Assembly: GCA_030390025.1 (NCBI GenBank)
Contig: JASTWF010000330.1
Coordinates: 124,001 to 188,000, forward strand
Reading direction: 5' to 3'
DNA length: 64,000 bases
DNA from: Squalus acanthias
Taxonomy: Eukaryota
Shown: one piece after another, positions 1 through 12,231 of the stretch
Numbering within the stretch: position 1 is the stretch's first letter
Layout of the letters: every line of letters starts with the position of its first letter
Position numbers and translations under genes: made by a program
The notes under the pieces: generated by a model
Told to the model about the DNA's origin: nothing
The model's input: the letters and a program-made list of their open reading frames with translations, nothing else
Databases searched by the model: none

Positions 1-627
1 AAGACTGGAACGCTATCAATCGCTGTGGGGCTGGGGGGGGCGCTATTTAAAGGGGGCCTCTTCCTGTCTTTTATTGTTGGTGGCATTTTTGAACTACGCA
101 TTCTGAGAGAGAGAGGGAGAGACTTCTGGAGAGATTCAACGTTGTGTGAAGGAGTTTTGGGTACTGAGCAGCACTTTGCAGGTTCATTTTGATTTGCCAT
201 TCCTTGTATCGATTTAGCAGAGACCGTGGGAGCTGCACTCTGAGCTCTTTGCCTGGTGCTCTCCATTGTTCTTTCCAGCACATTTGATGTGCAAGTCTCT
301 CCAGGCCGAGATTCAAGGCAGCAATGAACAGGATGTGGATGGAAAGCAAGATTAACCATCCCCTTTAAGAACTGGCCCGTGCCATTGTGTGTGTGTTCCA
401 TTGCTGACTGACATTACATGAGCTTCGCCAGCGCTCCGAGTTAGCGCCTCACTGCTCGGCCTTTGCGCCTTAAGAGAGGTGTGCAGCGCCTGCTTTAGCG
501 CTCCACTCACCTCCCGGGGCGGTAAAAGTGAAGTTTCCCGTCAGTGCCGATAATTAGCGCCAGGCGCTAATATTTGCGTCCGGACGATATTTGCGCCCCA
601 AACGGGGCGCGACCTAATTTCTACCCC
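1..627. mobile_element. Probable right end of a non-autonomous DNA transposon/MITE (Harbinger-like terminus)
   Basis: GC/CpG-rich stretch with repeated (tt)agcgcc motifs ending in ...aatttctacccc, a terminus style I recognise from shark MITEs. The partner end lies outside the window. Confidence 0.4.
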
Positions 628-1039
628 ATAGAATCTAGGAGCAGGAGTAGGCCATTCGGCCCGTCGAGCCTGCTCCACAATTCAATACGATCATGGCTGA
701 TCATCCAAATCCAATACCCTGTCCCTGCTTTAATCCCCACAGTACACATATCCCACCCTACCCCCGTAACCCCACGTATTTAATTCCCCCTAACATATCC
801 CATCCTATCCCCATAACCCTACATATTTAATCCCCCCCTAACACTAAGGGTCAATTTATCATAGCCAAATCAACCTAACCCGCACATTTTTGGACTGTGG
901 GAGGAAACCGGAGCACCCGGAGGAAACCCACGCAGACACGGGGAGAATGTGCAAACTCCACACAGACAGTCACCCGAGATCAAGATTCGAACCCGGGTCC
1001 CTGGCGCTGTGAGGCACCAGTGCTAACCACTATGCCACC
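628..1039 (-). mobile_element. tRNA-derived V-SINE (HE1-like) with CR1-type 3' tail
   Basis: Reverse complement reads ggtggcatagtggttagcac (A box), gggttcgaatc (B box), V-domain gtgtggagtttgcacattctcccc..gggtgctccggtttcctcccac, and CR1 tail gatcagccatgatc..gaatggcctactcctgctcc. Confidence 0.9.
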
Positions 1040-2000
1040 TAACTGAGGAGAGTGGGATGTAACGACTGAGGGGAGTTGGATGTAGTGACTGAGGGGAGTG
1101 GGATGCAGTGACTGAGGCAAGTGGAATGTATTGACTGAGGGGAGTGCGGTGTAGTGACTGAGGGTAGTGGAATGCAGTGACTGAGGGAAGTGGGATATAG
1201 TGACTGAGGGGAGTGGGATGCAGTGACTAAGGGAAGTGGGATGTAGTGACTGAGGGGAGTGGGATTCAGTGACTGAGGGAAGTGGGTTGTAGTGACTCAG
1301 GGGATTGTGGTGTAATGACTGAGGGGAATGGGATGCAGTGACTGAGGGGAGTGGGATGCAGCGACTGAGGGGAGTGGGATGCAGCGACTGAGGGGAGTGG
1401 GATGCAGTGACTGAGGGAAGTGGGTTGTCGTGACTCAAAGGAGTGGGGTGTAGTGACTGAGGGGAGTGGGATGCAGGGACTGAGGGGAGTGGGAGGCAGT
1501 GACTGAGGGGAGTGGAATGTAGTGAATGAGGGGATTGGGATGACATGATTGAGGAGAGTGGGAGGCAGTGACTGAGGGAAGTGGGATGCAGTGTCTGAGG
1601 GGAGTGGGATGCAGTGACTGAGGGATTTGGGATGCAGTGACTGAGGGGAGTGGGATGTAGTGACTGAGGGATTTGGGATGCAGTGACTGAGGGGAGAGGG
1701 ATGTAGTGACTGAGGGGAGTGGGATGTAATGACTGAGGGGAGAGGGATGTAGTGACTGAGGGGTGTGGGATGTAGTGACTGAGTGGAATGGGTGCAGTGA
1801 CGGAGGGCAGTGGGATGCAGTGACTGGGGGGGTGGAATGTAGTGACTGACGGATGTGGGGTGTAGTGTCTGAGGGGAGTGCGATTGGATGATTCAAATTT
1901 ATATGAAGAATGCTGCCTGACATTTTCCGGACTCTAGTACAAAACCAATGGCCTGTACGGGCGCTTTCTACTCTCCTGTGTCTCTCTTCCTTTTTTATAG

Positions 2001-2096
2001 ATCCAGGTAAATCCACGACTCAGGTACCCGAGGAGCAATCTACTCTAGAAACCGCTGACCTTTCATCCACTGACCCAGCCTGGTCTGCAGCCTCAG
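2001..2096 (+). CDS. Gene A exon, 96 bp, phase 1-1, S/T/P-rich linker (D)PGKSTTQVPEEQSTLETADLSSTDPAWSAAS
   Basis: Strong acceptor tctctcttccttttttatag, donor CAG|gtatat, open frame. A homologous 96-bp exon with the same boundaries occurs at 3690 and at 61097-61192 (-). Confidence 0.8.
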
Positions 2097-3689
2097 GTAT
2101 ATGACTTGCTGGGTCCATTTTAAATAGACTGTCCACGCAATGTGAAGCCTGAAGGTTTCTTGGAGATGTATCTGGTGATTTACTCAAGGGAGTGGAATAA
2201 AGTGACTGATGAGAGTGGGACGCAGTGACTGAGGGGAGTGGGATGCAGTGACTGAGGGAAGTGGGATGCAGTGACTGAGGGGAGTGGGATGCAGTGACTG
2301 AGGGGAGTGGGATGCAGTGACTGAGGGGAGTGGGGTGTAGTGACTGAGGGGAGTGGGATGCAGTGACTGAGGGGAGTGGGATGCAGTGACTGAGGGGAGT
2401 GGGATGCAGTGACTGAGGGGAGTAGGATGTAGTGACTGAGGGGATTGGGATGCAGTGACTGAGGGAAGTGGGATGCAGTGACTGAGGGGAGTGGGATGCA
2501 GTGACTGAGGGGAGTGGGGTGTAGTGACTGAGGGGAGTGGGTTGCAGTGACTGAGGGGAGTGAGTTATAGTGACTGAGGGGAGTGGGACGCAGTGACTGA
2601 GGAGAGTGGGTTGCAGTGATTGAGGGGAGTGGGATGCAGTGACTGAGGGGAGTGGGACGCAGTGACTGAGGTTGGTGGGATGCAGTGACTGAGGGGAGTG
2701 GGATGCAGTGACTGAGGGGAGTGGGATGTAGTGACTGAGGGGAGTGGGATGCAGTGACTGAGGGGAGTGGGGTTTAGAGACTGAGGGGAGTGGGATGCAG
2801 TGACTGAGGGGAGTGGGATGGAGTTACTGAGGGGAGTGAGATGTAGTGACTGACGGGAGTGGGATGTAGTGACTGAGGGAAGTGGGGTTTAGAGACTGAG
2901 GGGAGTGGGATGCAGTGACTGAGGGGAGTGGGATGGAGTTACTGAGGGAGTAGGATGTAGAGACTGAGGGGAGTGGGATGGAGTAACTGAGGGGTGTGGG
3001 ATGCAGTGACTGAGGGAAGTGTTAGGCTGGGACTGAGGGGAGTGGGATGCAGTAACTGAGGGGAATGGGATGTAGTGACTGAGGGGAGTATGAGGTTGTG
3101 ACTGAGGGGATTGGGATGAAGTGACTGAGGGGGGTGGGATGCAGTGACTGAGGGGCGTGTGTTGCAGTGATTGAGGGGAGAGGGATGCAGTGAGCGAGGG
3201 GGTGGGATGCAGTGACTGAGGGGAGTGCGATGTAGTGACTGAGAGGAGTGGGTGCAGTGAATTAGTGGCGTGGGTGCAGAGACTGGGGTGTGTGGGATGC
3301 AGTGACTGAGGGGAGTGGAATGCAGTGACTGAGTGGAGTGGAATGTAGTGATGGAGGGGAGTGGGATGCAGTGACTGAGGGGAGTGGGTGCAGTCACTTA
3401 GGGGAGTGTTATGTAGTGACTGAGGGGAGTGGGATGCAGTGACTTAGTTGAGTGGGATGCTGTGACTGAGGGCAGTGGGATGCAGTGACTGAGGGGTTTG
3501 GGATGTAGTGACTGAGGGGATTGGAATGCAGTGACTGACGGATGTGGGATGTAGTGTCTGAGGGGAGTGCGATTGGATGATTCTAATTTATATGAAGAAT
3601 GCTGTCTGACATTTTCCAGACTCTAGTACAAAACCAATGACCTGTACGGGCGCTTTCTACTCTCCTGTGTCTCTCTTCCTTTTTTATAG

Positions 3690-3785
3690 ATCCAGGTAAA
3701 TCCACGACTCAGGTACCCGAGGAGCAATCTACTATACAAACCGCTGACCTTTCATCCACTGACCCAGCCCGGTCTGCAGCCTCAG
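3690..3785 (+). CDS. Gene A exon, duplicate 96-bp phase 1-1 linker (D)PGKSTTQVPEEQSTIQTADLSSTDPARSAAS
   Basis: Near-identical copy of 2001-2096 including flanking intron sequence; splice sites are intact. Confidence 0.78.
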
Positions 3786-4029
3786 GTATATGACTTGCTG
3801 GGTCCATTTTAAATAGACTGTCCACGCAATGTGAAGCGTGAAGGTTTCTTGGAGATGTATCTAGTGATTTACTCAAGGGAGTGGAATACAGTGACTGATG
3901 AGAGTGGGACGCAGTGACTGAGGGGAGTGGGATGCAGTGACTGAGGGGAGTGGGATGCAGTGACTGAGGGGAGTGGGATGCAGTGACTGAGGGGAGTGGG
4001 GTGTAGTGACTGAGGGGAGTGGAATGCAA

Positions 4030-4152
4030 TGTCTGAAAAAAACGGAAGCAGCCTTAGGCATCTGTCTTGTGGGATCGATTCTAAACAGACTGTTCACCTA
4101 ATGTGAAGCCTGAAGGATTAAGTCCTGGAGATGGATCTAATCATGAAATCAA
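4030..4152 (+). pseudogene. Decayed remnant of the linker exon 3' end plus donor-side intron
   Basis: gcagccttag|gcatctgtcttgtggg..cagactgttcacctaatgtgaagcctgaagg aligns to the exon end and intron at 2087-2190. There is no acceptor and the GT donor is changed to GC. Confidence 0.6.
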
Positions 4153-4587
4153 GGGAGTGGGTTGCAGTGTCTGAGGGCTGAGGGACGTATTGACTGTGGA
4201 GGGCCGTGGGATGTAGTGACTGAGGGGAGTAGGATGTAGAGACTGAGGGGAGTGGGATGTAGTGACTGAGGGGAGTGGGATGTAGTGACTGAGGGGAGTG
4301 GGATGCAGTGACGGAGGAGAGTGTGATGTAGTGACTAAGGAGAGTGGGGTGTAGTGACTGAGGGGAGTGGGATGCAGTGACTGAGGGGAGTGGGACGCAG
4401 TGACTGAGGGGAGTGGGATGCAGACACTGAGGTTGGTTGGATGCAGTGACTGAGGGGAGTGGGACGCAGTGACTGAGGTTGGTGGGATGCAGTGACTGAG
4501 GGGACTGGGATGCAGTGACTGAGGGGAGTGGGGTGTAGTGACTGAGGGGAGTGGGGTGTAGTGACTGAGGGGAGTGGAATGCAGTGT

Positions 4588-4710
4588 CTGAAAAAAACGG
4601 AAGCAGCCTCAGCTATCTGTCTTGTGGTATCGATTCTAAGCAGACTGTTCACCTAATGTGAAGCCTGAAGGACTAAGTCCTGGAGATGGATCTAATCATG
4701 AAATCAAGGG
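4588..4710 (+). pseudogene. Second copy of the decayed linker-exon remnant
   Basis: Near-identical to 4030-4152; donor destroyed (cag|ctatct). Confidence 0.6.
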
Positions 4711-7700
4711 AGTGGGTTGCAGTGTCTGAGTGGTGCGGGATGTATTGACTGAGGAGGGCCGTGGGATGTAGTGACTGAGGGGAGAGGGATGTAGTGACTG
4801 AGGGGAGTGGGATGTAGTGACTGAGGGGAGTGGGATGTAGTGACTGAGGGGAGTGGGATGTAGTGACTGAGGGGAGTGGGATGTAGTGACTGACGGGAGT
4901 GGTATGTAGTGACTGAGGGAAGTGGGGATTAGAGACTGAGGGGAGCGGGATGCAGTGACTGAGGGGAGTGGGATGGAGTGACTGAGGGAGTAGAATGTAG
5001 AGACTGAGGGGAGTGGGATGCAGTGACTGACGGGAGTGGGATGCAGTGACTGAAGGTAGTGGGATGTAGAGACTCAAGGGAGTGGGGTGGAGTTACTGAG
5101 GGAGTAGGATGCAGAGACTGAGGGGAGTGGGATGCAGTGACTTAGGGGAGTGGGATGTGGTGACTGAAGGGAGTGGGATGTAGTGACTGTGAGGAGTGTG
5201 ATGCAGTGACTGAGGGGAGTGGGATGCAGTGACGGAGGAGAGTGTGATGTAGTGACTAAGGAGAGTGGGATGCAGTGACTGAGGGGAGTGAGATATCGTG
5301 ACTGAGGGGAGTGGGACGCAGTGACTGACATGAGTGGGATGTAGTGACTGAGGTTGGTGGGATGCAGTGACTGAGGGGAGTGGGATGCAGTGACGGAGGA
5401 GAGTGTGATGTAGTGACTAAGGAGAGTGGGATGCAGTGACTGAGGGGAGTGAGATATAGTGACTGAGGGGAGTGGGACGCAGTGACTGAGGGGAGTGGGA
5501 TGCAGTGACTGAGGTTGGTGGGATGTAGTGACTGAGGGAAGTGTGATGTAGTGACTGAGGGGAGTGTGATGTAGTGACTGACGGGAGCGGGATGTAGTGA
5601 CTGAGGGAAGTGGGGATTAGAGACTGAGGGGAGTGGGATGCAGTGACTGAGGGGAGTGGGATGGAGTTACTGAGGGAGTAGAATATAGAGACTGACGGGA
5701 GTGGGATGCAGTGACTGACGGGAGTGGGATGCAGTGACTGAAGGTAGTGGGATGTAGAGACTCAGGGGAGTGGGGTGGAGTTACTGAGGGAGTAGGATGC
5801 AGAGACTGACGGGAGTGGGATGCAGTGACTGAGGGGAGTGGGATGTGGTGACTGAAGGGAGTGGGATGTAGTGTCTGTGAGGAGTGGGATGTAGTGACTG
5901 AGATGAGTGGAATGTAGTGACTGAGGGGAGTGGGATGTAGTGACTGAGGGGAGTGGGATGCAGTGACTGAGGGAAGTGAGATATAGTGACTGAGGGGAGT
6001 GCGGTGTAGTGACTGAGGGTAGTGGAATGCAGTGACTGACGGGAGTGGGGTGTAGTGACTGAGGGGAGTGGGATGCAGTGAGTGACGGGAGTGGGATGCA
6101 GGGACTGAGGGGAGTGGGAGGCAGTGACTGAGGGGAGTGGAATGTAGTGAATGAGGGGATTGGGATGACGTGATTGAGGAGAGTGGGATGCAGTGACTGA
6201 GGGGAGTGGGATGCAGTGACTGAGGGGAGTGGATGCAGTGACTGAGGGGAGTGGGATGCAGTGACTGAGGGGAGTGGGATGTAGTGAATGAGGGAAGTGG
6301 GATGCAGTGTCTGAGGGGAGTGGGATGCAGCGACTGAGGGGAGTGGGATGCAGTGACTGAGGGGAGTGGGATGCAGTGACTGAGGGGAGAGGAATGCAGT
6401 GATTGAGGGGTGTGGGATGCATTGACTGAGGGGAGTGGGATGTAGTGACTGAGGGGAGTGGAATGCAGAGACCGAGGGAAGTGGGATGCAGTGACTGAGG
6501 GGAGTGGGAGGCGGTGACTGAGGGGGTTGGGATGTAGTGACTGAGGGAAGTGGGATGCAGGGACTGAGGGGAATGGAATGCAGTGACTGAGGGGAGCGGG
6601 ATGTAGTGATTGAGGGGATTGGGATGACGTGATTGAGGAGAGTGGGATGCAGTGACTGCGGGGAGTGGGATGTAGTGACTGAGGGGAGTGGGATGCAGTG
6701 ACTGAGGGAAGTGGGTTCTAGTGACTCAGGGGAGTGTGGTGTAGTGACTGAGGGGAATGGGATGCAGTGACTGAGGGGAGTGGGATGCAGTGACTGAGGG
6801 AAGTGGGTTGTAGTGACTCAGGGGAGTGGGGTGTAGTGACTGAGGGGAGTGGGATGCAGGGACTGAGGGGAGTGGGAGGCAGTGACTGAGGGGAGTGGAA
6901 TGTAGTGAATGAGGGGATAGGGATGACGTGATTGAGGAGAGTGGGATGCAGTGACTGAGGGAATGGGATGTAGTGACTGAGGGAAGTGAGGTGCAGTGTC
7001 TGAGGGGAGTGGGATGAAGTGACTGAGGTAAGTGCGATGCAGTGACTGAGGGGAGTGCGATATAGTGACTGAGGCGAGTGGGATGTAGTTACGGAGGGAA
7101 GTGGGATGCAGTAACTGAGGGGAGTGGGATGCAGTGACTGAGGGGAGTGCGATGTCGTGATTGAGGGGTGTGGGATGCAGTAACTCATGGGAGTGGGATG
7201 CAGTGACTGTGGGGAGTGCGATGCAGTGACTGAGGGGAGTGGGATGTAGTGACTGAGTGGAGTGGTATGCGTTGACTGAGGGGAGTGGGATGCGTGACTG
7301 AGGGGAGTGGGATGAAGTGACAGAGTGGAGTGGGATGCAGTGACTAAGGGGAGTGGGTTTGAAGTGACTGAGGGGAGTGGGATGTAGTGACTGAGGGGAG
7401 TGGGATGTAGTCACTGAGGTGAGTGGGATGAAGTGACTGAGGGGAGTGGGATGAAGTGACTGAGGGGAGTGGGATGTAGTCACTGAGGTGAGTGGGATGA
7501 AGTGACTGAGGGGAGTGGGATGCAGTGACTGAGGGGAGTGGGATGCAGTGACTGAGGGGAGTGGGCTGCAGTGACTGGGGGGAGTGGGATGAATGACTGA
7601 GGGGATTGTGATGCAGTGACTCTGGGGAGTGGGAAGTAGTGACTGAGGGGTGTGGGATGCAGTGACTGAGGGGCGTGGGATGTAGTGACTGAGGGGAGTG

Positions 7701-8570
7701 GGATGCAGTGACTGAGGGGAGTGGGATGCAGTAACTGAGGGGAGTGGGATATAGTGACTGAGGGGAGTGGGATGCAGTGACTGAGGGGAGTGGGATATAG
7801 TGACTGAGGGGAGTGGGATGCAGTAACTGAGGGGAGTGGGATGCAGTGACTGGGGTGAGTGAGATGCAGTGACTGAGGGGAGTGGGATGCAGTGTCTGAG
7901 GGGAGTGGGATGAAGTGACTGAGGGAAGTGGGATGCAGTGTCTGAGGGGAGTGGGATGAAGTGACTGAGGGAAGTGGGATGCCGTTACTGAGGGGAGTGG
8001 GCTGCAGTGACTGAGGGGAGTGAGTGCAGTGACTGAGGGGAGTGAGATGTAGTGACTGAGGGAAGTGGGATGCAGTGACTTAGGGGAGTGGGATGCAGTG
8101 TCTGAGGGGAGTGGGATGAAGTGACTGAGGGAAGTGGGATACAGTGACTGAGGGGAGTGGGTGTAGTGACTGAGGGGAGTGGGATGAAGTGACTGAGGGA
8201 AGTGGGATTCAGTGACTGAGGGGAGTGGGATGAAGTGACTGAGGGCAGTGGGATGAAGTGACTGAGGGGAGTGGAATGCCCTGACGGAGGGGAGTGGGAT
8301 GCAGTGACTGAGGAGAGTGGGATGCAGTGACTGAGGGGAGTGGGATGTAGTGACTGAGGGGAGTGGGATGCAGTGACTGAGGGGAGTGGGATGCAGTGAC
8401 TGAGGGTAGTGGGATGCAGTTACTGAGGGGAGTGGGATGCAGTTACTGAGGGGAGTGGGATGCAGTGACTGAGGGGTGGTGTCTGTCTCTTTCTCTCCTG
8501 TACTCTCTATATTCCTCCAAGCGCCCAGCCTCCCAGTGAAATTGATGTTGTCTTTATTTGACCCTCTCAG

Positions 8571-8633
8571 ACTCCGGGAATCTTGTGGTATCAGATGACT
8601 CTCTTTCCACATCTCAGGTGGATTCTGATGAAG
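8571..8633 (+). CDS. Gene A exon, 63 bp, phase 1-1: (D)SGNLVVSDDSLSTSQVDSDE
   Basis: Acceptor ttgaccctctcag, consensus donor AAG|gtaagg, open frame compatible with neighbouring exons. Confidence 0.75.
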
Positions 8634-9002
8634 GTAAGGGCGTTGCAGGATCTTGATACTTCAGGGAAATTAAATCCCTCGCTCTGACTTAGTCTGGCGC
8701 AAATATATCAGGGCAAAGTCTTTCAAAAACATAAGTGCGATTGGTTATTGCAGGAACTCTCATCGCTAGCAGTCACTGGCTTTGCCTTTGCGGTGCTGTC
8801 ACTACAGAAGTTGCTGCATCTTGTAGTTGGTGTGTAAAATCATTGGGAAAACGCGGAATATATAATCTGCTGTCTTCCCAAATATTTTCTAGGCTTCCAT
8901 CTCAATCCCCCGATCGCGCAGATTCATTCTCTCTGTCTATCTTTCTCCCTTTCTGTCTGTAACCATCGATATCTTTCTGTTTCACTCTCTGTAAAAAAAT
9001 AA

Positions 9003-10615
9003 GTTCATAAGAAATAGGAGCAGGAGCAGGCGATTTGACCCTTCGAGCCTGCTCCACCATTCAATTAGATCATGGCTGATCTTCTACCTCTTCTCCACTT
9101 TCCTGAACTATCCCCAAATCCCTTGAATCCCTTAATATTCAAAAATCTATCGATCTCTGTCTTGAATATTCTCAACGACTGAGCCTTCACAGCCCTTCAA
9201 AGATCCTCCACCCTCTGAGTGAAGACATTTCTCCTCATCTCAGTCCTGAATGGCCGACCCCTTATTCTGAGACTGTGACCCCTGGTTCTAGACTCCCCAG
9301 CCAGGGGAAACATCCTCCCTGCATCTACCCTGTCAAGCCCTGTAAGAATTATGTATATTTCAATGAGATCACCTCTCATTCTTCTAAACTCTTGAGAATA
9401 TAGGCCTAGTCTACTCAATCTGTCCTTGTAGGACAATCCCCTCATCCCAGGAACCAGTCTGGTGAACCTTCGTTGCACTCCCTCTATGGCAAGTATATCC
9501 TTCCTTAGGCAAGACGACCAAAACTGTACACAATACTCCAGGTGTGGTCTCACCAGGGTCCTAAATAATTTCATTAAGAGGTCTTTACTCTTATACTCAA
9601 ATCCTCTTGTCATAAAGGCCAACATACCATTTGCTTTCCTAATTGCTTGCTGTACCTGCATGTTAACTTTCAGTGATTCGTGTCCAAGGACACCCAGGTC
9701 CCTCTGAACACCAACATTTCCCAATCTCTCACCATTTAAAAAATACTCTGTTTTTCCTACCTAAGTGGCTAACTTCACATTTCTCCACATTATATTCCAT
9801 TAGCCATGTTCTTGCCCACTCACTTAGCCTGTCTATATCCCCTTGAAGCCTCCTTGCATCCTCCCCACAACTTACATTCCCACCCAGCTTTGTATCATCA
9901 GCAAACTTGGATATATTACATTTGGTCCCCTCATCCAAATCATTGATGGAGATTGTGAATAGCTGAGGCCCAAGCACTGATCCTTGCGGTACCCCACTAG
10001 TTACAGCCTGCAAACCCGAAAATTACCCGTTTGTTCCTACTCTGTTTTCTGTCCATTAACCAATCCTCAATCCATGCTAGTATATTACCAGTCCCATTAG
10101 CCCTAATTTTGTTTAATAACCTCGTGTGTGGCACATTATCGAATGCCTTCTGAAAATCCATCTACACCACATGCACTGGTTTGGCCTAATCTATTCTGAT
10201 AGTCACAACCTCAAAGAACTCTAACAGATCGGCCAAACATGATTTCCCTTTCTTAAATCCGTGTTGACTCTGCCCAATCCTATCAGTATTTTCTAAGTGC
10301 CTTGTTACCACGTCCTTAATAACAGATCCTCGCATTTTCCCTACTATTGATGTCAGGCTAACTGGTCTGTAGTTCCCCGTTTTCTCTCTCCCTCCTTTCT
10401 TAAATAGTTGGGTTACATTTGCTACCTTCCTATCCGCGGTAACCATTCCAGAATCTATGGAATTTTGGAAAATGACAAACAATGCATCCACTATCTCTAT
10501 AGCCAACTCTTTCATAACCCTAGGATGTAGGCCATCAGGTCCAGGGGATTTATCGGCTTTCAGACCCATTAATTTCTCCAGTACTACTTGTTTACTAGTA
10601 CTAATATCTTTCAGT
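9003..10615 (-). mobile_element. CR1 LINE, 5'-truncated, frameshifted RT
   Basis: ORF pieces ADKSPGPDGLHPRV, GVPQGSVLGP..INDLD..KFADDTK and VRPHLEYCVQFW; CR1 3' tail at 9005-9080. Confidence 0.95.
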
Positions 10616-10836
10616 TCCTGTCCTGTCCTATCTCTGTCTCTCTCTGTGTCTTTCTCTCTCTCTGTCTCTGCCTTTCTCTTTGTCTCTCAATCTCTCTCCA
10701 AACCTCTCTCTCTATCTCTGTGCGTAGCTCTCTTTCTGCCTCTCTCTCTGTATCTCTGTCTTTGTCCATTTCTGCTTGTCTCTCTCTGACTCTCCTTCTA
10801 TCTTTGCCTCTCTCTGACTATGTCGCTGTCTCTCAC
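10616..10836 (+). repeat. Degenerate (CT)n low-complexity tract
   Basis: CT/CTGT-rich sequence. Confidence 0.8.
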
Positions 10837-10839
10837 TAA

Positions 10840-11705
10840 ATCATAGAATGGTAACAGCACGGCAGAAGGCCATTCGGGCCGTTGAGCCCGTGCCAGCTCT
10901 CTGCAAGAGCACCTCAGCTAGTCCCACTCCCCCGCCCTTTCCCCATAGCCCTGCATTTCTTTTCTTGCAGGTACTTATCCAATTCCCCCTGGAAAGCCGT
11001 GATTGAGTCTGCCTCCACCACCCTTTCAGGCAGTGCATTCGAGAGCCGAACTAATTGCTGCGTAAACAAGTTTTTTCTCATGTCGCCTTTGGTTCTTTTG
11101 CCAATCACCTTAAATCTGTGTCCTCTGGTTCTCGACCCCTCTGCCAATGGGAACAGTTTCTCTCAATCTACTCTATCCAGAACTCTCATGATTTTAAACA
11201 TGTTATAACATCTCCTGTCAATCTTCTCTGCTCTAAGGAGAACAACCCCAGCTTCACCAGTCTATCCACGTAACTGAAATCCCTCATCTCTGGAATCATT
11301 CTCGTAAATCTTTACTGCACCCTCTCTAAGGCCTTCACATCCTTCCTAAAGTGCGGTGCCCAGAATTGGACACAATACTCCAGTTGTGGCCGAACCAGTG
11401 TTTTATACAGGTTCATCATAATATCCACGCTGTTGTACTCTATGCCTCTATTCATGAAGCCCAGGATCCCGTGTGCTTTTTTAAATGCTTTCTCAACCTG
11501 CCCTCCCACCTTCAACGATTTATGCACATATACCCCAGGTCTCTCTGTTCATCCACCCCGTTTAGGACTATCTTCCACCTAGTTCTCTATACTTCCAAGT
11601 TTTGTGCCGTCTGCAATTTTGAAAGTGTGCCCTGTATACCCACATCCAAGTCCGTCATTTTTATTTCAAGAAAAGCAATGGTCCTGGAACCGACCCCTGA
11701 GGAAC
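10840..11705 (-). mobile_element. CR1 LINE 3' fragment (different subfamily, internal deletion)
   Basis: VPQGSVPGPLLF, YKTLVRPQLEYCVQFWAPH and RTRGHRFKV fragments; tail gaatggcc..attctatgat. Confidence 0.9.
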
Positions 11706-11991
11706 AGCACTCTCTGAGTGATGGGGCAAAGGTGAGTGAGAAAGGCACAAAGGGCGTATCAACCGCATAGGTAGAGGGAACAAGAGGAGCAATAGCGAGC
11801 GAGAGAGAGATGAGAACAGAGAATTAAAATACAGGGAAAGTGAATAAAAGAGAGGGTAAGGACAGAGAGAATGCAATAACAGAGGAAAGAGAGCATGAAA
11901 TAGAGGGAAGCAAGAGTTCTAAATACATCCTGTGATCTGCGCTAAACTCTCAGTGTGTTTTACCTGTTGAAGTTTTGACTGTTGTGTTTAG

Positions 11992-12077
11992 GTATTCAAT
12001 ACCGGAAGATTAATGTGCAGATCACTTCGATGACAGAACTCGATGATGAAACGGCGAAGAGAATCGTTGTGGAGAGG
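11992..12077 (+). CDS. Gene A penultimate exon, phase 1-0: (G)IQYRKINVQITSMTELDDETAKRIVVER
   Basis: Acceptor ttttgactgttgtgtttag, donor AGG|gtgaga. Positional and pattern homolog of gene B exon 54409-54524. Confidence 0.8.
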
Positions 12078-12231
12078 GTGAGAGACTGCACTGCACTGAG
12101 AGCAAACACAGGGCGACACCAGATCCTCCCCCTCTCTGTCTGAACTCACTGATGGGCACCTCCGCCTCAGATGTGTAACCAGCTCCACTTCCCCCTCTGG
12201 ATATCATTCATGGAGCTGTCGTGAAGAGCAG

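Larger units (their letters stand above)
1040..8476 (+). repeat. 23-bp minisatellite (cagtgactgaggggagtgggatg)n, intronic in gene A, interrupted by four unique islands
   Basis: Direct tandem units with point variants. Unique islands lie at ~1880-2190, 3570-3877, 4030-4152 and 4588-4710. Confidence 0.97.

Noticed and set aside
1040..8476. Repeats with unique islands resembling a CRISPR repeat-spacer layout
   Set aside because: The islands are few, long and duplicated, and are explained as exons or exon remnants.
980..8612. Many SHSPQSLHPTPL ORFs on the minus strand
   Set aside because: Same satellite artefact.
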